64,000 nt of DNA from the NCBI GenBank assembly GCA_964585475.1, contig CAZPDF010000006.1, positions 8,531 to 72,530 of the forward strand, in the 5' to 3' direction. Under the pieces are notes generated by a model that had not been told where the DNA came from, made no database searches, and worked only from the letters and a program-made list of their open reading frames with translations. Shown here in pieces: positions 60,991-64,000 of the stretch. The position numbers and the translations under genes are program-made. Each line of letters starts with the position of its first letter. The stretch's first letter is position 1. The DNA comes from an uncultured Candidatus Saccharibacteria bacterium. Its GTDB lineage: Bacteria; Patescibacteriota; Minisyncoccia; Sungbacterales; HO2-52-23.

Positions 60991-62454
60991 ATGCAAAGTC
61001 AAAAGTCAAAAGTCAAAAGTCAAAACCTAAAAATTATCCCGCCAAAAGCAGGATACCGAAACTTTGGACTCGAGGGGGGCTACGCGGCCTTGACCGTTAC
61101 CTTGCTTACCCTCGTTGTTTCGCTTACCATCGTGGGGGGACTTACCTTGTTTACCATCCGAGAAGTTAACATAAACCGCGCTTTTACGAAATCCATTGAT
61201 TCCTATTTTATCTCAGAAGGCGGAATAGAGGATGCGCTATATCGGGTGCTTGCAGGAAAACAGCTTACTAATGGCGAAACCTTAGGGGTAGGGAAGGGAA
61301 CCACGACTTTGCTGGTTACTGTTTTTGGAAGTGAAACTACCATTCGTTCTGAAGGAAGGAGGGATACTATCCAAAGGAATCTTGAAACAAAGGCGGCCAA
61401 AGAAACGGTGGGAACCAGTTTTATTTACGGAGTCCAAGTGGGAGATGGAGGGGTGGAAATGAGTAATACCGCCGCTATAAATGGCAGCTTCTATTCTAAT
61501 GGTCCTCTTGTCGGTCAAAACTCGCCTACTATCACCGGGGATGTATTTGCGGCAAGTACTTCGGCGGTTACCGGTACATTTACAATAAATGGAAACGTGC
61601 GTGCTCACCGGATACAAGGGGAGCAGAATGATCAAATTGAAATTGCCGGATTTGCCTCTTCCAGCACGTTGATTGACGATGCGGTAGTTGGGGGGAGCGC
61701 TTCTGCGGATATGTTTGATGACAGCGCGATTAGCCAAAATGCATATTATCAGACCTCAATATCCGCGGATACCACGGTGCTGGGCAGTACAATTCAGATT
61801 TCAAACACTAATTTTGATCTCCCCGTTCTGCCCATGCCCATAAGCGACGCACAGCTTGATCAATGGGAGCAGGAGGCGCAAGCGGGCGGTATTCACACCT
61901 CACCCTGTCCGTATGAGTTGACGTCCGGCACCACCAATCTGGGTCCCAGGAAAATCGCCTGCGATATGGATATCAAGAATACGGCAGTTGTGAATCTCAC
62001 GGGAACTCTCTGGGTTGCCGGTAATCTTACTATTCAGAATTCGGCAATTGTACGCTTAGACCCCGCTTACGGATCCGGCAGCGGGTTAATTATCGTAGAT
62101 GATCCTTCTAACCGTTCTACGGGAAGCATCCTGGATGTGAAGAATTCTATGCAAGTTCTCGGTTCGGGTACTGCAGGAAGTTATGTAATGCTGGTTTCCC
62201 GAAATAATTCGGCAGAAAGCGGAGGCAGCAACGATGCGATCGAGATAAACAATACATCTTCTGCCCCTATTTACTACGCACCCCACGGATCCATAGAGAT
62301 TCACAATTCCGCTACACTTAAAGAAGTGACGGCATACAAACTCGAGATTAGAAATTCTGCAACGGTTACCTATGAGACCGGTCTGGCTAATGTAAATTTT
62401 TCCTTGGGGCCGTCGGGAGGATATAACGTAAGATATTGGCGGGAAGTCGAATAG
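60991..62454 (+). CDS. PilX-like pilus-associated protein, paralog B (tandem duplicate of 59536-60978)
   Basis: GYAALTVTLLTLVVSLTIVGG; colinear similarity to paralog A (…AFTKSID…ETLGVGKGTTT…); the leader contains AAAGTCA ×4. Confidence 0.6.
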   Translation: MQSQKSKVKSQNLKIIPPKAGYRNFGLEGGYAALTVTLLTLVVSLTIVGGLTLFTIREVNINRAFTKSIDSYFISEGGIEDALYRVLAGKQLTNGETLGVGKGTTTLLVTVFGSETTIRSEGRRDTIQRNLETKAAKETVGTSFIYGVQVGDGGVEMSNTAAINGSFYSNGPLVGQNSPTITGDVFAASTSAVTGTFTINGNVRAHRIQGEQNDQIEIAGFASSSTLIDDAVVGGSASADMFDDSAISQNAYYQTSISADTTVLGSTIQISNTNFDLPVLPMPISDAQLDQWEQEAQAGGIHTSPCPYELTSGTTNLGPRKIACDMDIKNTAVVNLTGTLWVAGNLTIQNSAIVRLDPAYGSGSGLIIVDDPSNRSTGSILDVKNSMQVLGSGTAGSYVMLVSRNNSAESGGSNDAIEINNTSSAPIYYAPHGSIEIHNSATLKEVTAYKLEIRNSATVTYETGLANVNFSLGPSGGYNVRYWREVE

Positions 62455-62482
62455 GGGGAGAATTAGTAGTATAATGTAAGAC

Positions 62483-63592
62483 ATGGCGATGGTAACGGCT
62501 ATACGAAATCAAATTTTAAGGATCGCGGACCCATTTATTCGTATTCCCGTCTTGGGCCTCGATATTTCTGATCTCTCCATAAAATATCTGAAATTCGGAG
62601 GGGGACGGATGCTTACTCTTGACGATTTTGGAGAAGTTACGGTCGCCGAAGGCATTATTTCTAACGGGGAGATCAGGGATGAGGAAGCGCTCGTGACTAC
62701 GTTAAATTCGTGGCTGTTGAAAGACGGTCGGCGGTTTCGAGGGTCTTTTGTTGCCGTATCGCTTCCTGAAGAGAAAAGTTTTTTGCGTCTGATCCAGCTC
62801 CCCAAGATCAAGCGGGAAGAATTGGGAAATGCGATCCGATGGGAGATTGAGGCAAATATTCCCATGCCGGCGGATGAACTTAGTTACGACTATGAAGTTA
62901 TTGAGCCGCTGGAGGGTGGCGCTGACCATTTTGACGTTGTCTTAACCGCTTTCCCCAAAGCCATAGTTGAATCCTATGTGCGGGTTCTGAAAAAATCGGG
63001 CTTGGAGCCCTTGGCCCTTGAACTTGAATCACAGGCGATAATCCGCGCGGCCATTGCAGATCTAAAAGAGAGAACCGCTAAGCTAGTGGTGGACATGGGG
63101 CGTACGCGAACAAGTTTTATTATAATTTCTGGTGGCGCGATTATTTTTACCACCACGATTGAGCTTGGGGGCCGGTTGCTGGAAGAGCACATTGTAAGGG
63201 GTCTGGGTGTCGACTGGGGTAAGGCGGTGGTCCTCAAAAAGGAGGTAGGGTTTAATAAAAAAGAACTTGAAGGCAGAGTTTTTACGGCCCTGGTTCCTCC
63301 TGTGGCTGCATTCGGCGACGAATTACGCCGCAGCATCGAGTACTATCATAACCACACCAAGCACATTCACGGCGCAAGCGAATCCATCGAAGAAATTTTG
63401 CTCGTCGGAGGAGATGCCAACCTTAATGGTCTCGATACGTATCTTTCGAGCATGCTCAAGGTGCCGGTAAGACTTGCTAATCCCTTTGCTTCAATTCGCC
63501 ATCGCCTCGCTTATGCCATTCCGCCTATTGCCAAAAATAAAGCCCTCGCTTTTACCACTGCGCTCGGCCTGGCCATGCGCGGCTTAGAGTAG
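62483..63592 (+). CDS. pilM: Type IV pilus assembly protein PilM (actin-like ATPase fold)
   Basis: N-terminal ...VLGLDISDLSIKYLKF and the sugar-kinase/actin fold pattern typical of PilM. Confidence 0.7.
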   Translation: MAMVTAIRNQILRIADPFIRIPVLGLDISDLSIKYLKFGGGRMLTLDDFGEVTVAEGIISNGEIRDEEALVTTLNSWLLKDGRRFRGSFVAVSLPEEKSFLRLIQLPKIKREELGNAIRWEIEANIPMPADELSYDYEVIEPLEGGADHFDVVLTAFPKAIVESYVRVLKKSGLEPLALELESQAIIRAAIADLKERTAKLVVDMGRTRTSFIIISGGAIIFTTTIELGGRLLEEHIVRGLGVDWGKAVVLKKEVGFNKKELEGRVFTALVPPVAAFGDELRRSIEYYHNHTKHIHGASESIEEILLVGGDANLNGLDTYLSSMLKVPVRLANPFASIRHRLAYAIPPIAKNKALAFTTALGLAMRGLE

Positions 63593-63600
63593 ATCCGCTT

Positions 63601-64000
63601 ATGCTTACCATCAACCTTCTCCCGTCGCAGGAGAGAAAGATAGTAGAGTTTGCCAAAACGCGCCGCGTCATGGCCTTTTTGGCGATTCTGGCGTCAACTC
63701 TTTTTTTATTTGCCTCTTCCCTTCTGCTTCCCTCGTTTCTTCCGCTTTATTTTGAACGGCGAGAGCTTGAACGGTCTTTGGTTTTGGAGAGGATGGCGTC
63801 CGCGGCGTTGAAAGTTGATGAGACAGTGGTGCGTATCCGGGCCCTGCAGTCCGTTATCTCCACGGCAAAAAATTCTCTCTCCGCACCGCTCAAGGCGTCT
63901 TTTATTCTTGATAGCATCCTTGAGCGTTTGGGTAACGCCATTACGTTGACCAAACTTACGGTACTGAAGGAAGATACTATTTTTTTGACCGGGAGCGCCA
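63601..64000 (+). CDS. PilN-like fimbrial assembly protein (partial; truncated by the window end)
   Basis: MLTINLLPSQERKIVEFAKTRR then a TM helix (MAFLAILASTLFLFASSLLLP) — the canonical PilN start. Confidence 0.5.
   Translation, partial: MLTINLLPSQERKIVEFAKTRRVMAFLAILASTLFLFASSLLLPSFLPLYFERRELERSLVLERMASAALKVDETVVRIRALQSVISTAKNSLSAPLKASFILDSILERLGNAITLTKLTVLKEDTIFLTGSA

Noticed and set aside
56843-61027. Interpreting the heptamer arrays as upstream promoter spacer repeats rather than coding sequence
   Set aside because: In all five genes the only in-frame start codons lie upstream of the repeats, and the preceding gene's stop is immediately before that start (for example TAA-C-ATG at 58878-58884). 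The repeats are therefore most parsimoniously inside the leader-coding region. A downstream non-canonical start cannot be fully excluded.

Overview
The window reads as a compact, gene-dense bacterial chromosome segment of about 48% GC. Much of it is housekeeping: gyrA, an S1-domain protein, rplJ-rplL, pcm, mltG, ClpP, recG, at least seven tRNAs, and a type IV pilus cluster (pilC, five pilin-like genes, pilM, and the start of a PilN-like gene cut by the window end). Many small hypothetical proteins and several intergenic repeat families give it the look of a Patescibacteria/CPR-like or similarly reduced genome; that attribution is inference only. Four things stand out, followed by several smaller observations.

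1. A pupylation cassette at 34.9-41.2 kb. It encodes ARC/Mpa (ending in the GQYL docking motif), a long Dop/PafA-family protein, a 66-aa Pup ending in GGE, and a PafA-like ligase. No 20S proteasome genes (prcA/prcB) are in the window. The ARC gene's AAA+ core is a sharply bounded ~0.8 kb tract of ~68% GC, so the gene is mosaic.

2. An in-frame ~165-aa GxxExxY-type domain inside recG, placed between helicase motifs II and III. The insert is flanked by inverted triplets of the heptamer CGCGGAC.

3. A restriction-modification island at 51-55 kb. A LexA (HTH plus S24 peptidase) domain is fused to an N4/N6 DNA methyltransferase, with a putative MvaI/BcnI-like endonuclease downstream. It abuts a scrambled array of tRNA-Ser 5′ and 3′ fragments around one intact tRNA-Ser(GCT).

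4. Heptanucleotide ×4 tandem repeats in five consecutive pilin-like genes. Each sits in the leader-coding 5′ end and each uses a different heptamer, which suggests slipped-strand phase variation.

Smaller observations:
- A GIY-YIG nuclease cassette bounded by 24-bp terminal inverted repeats, with a gene-less MITE derivative carrying the same repeats.
- A LAGLIDADG-like ORF and a YraN-like gene next to tRNA-Val and tRNA-Pro.
- Several palindromic or structured repeat families.
- A ~225-nt nested-helix candidate ncRNA.
- A cluster of TrbC/VirB2-like small pilin paralogs.
- A Lon-N/Clp-AAA+ unfoldase encoded divergently from ClpP.
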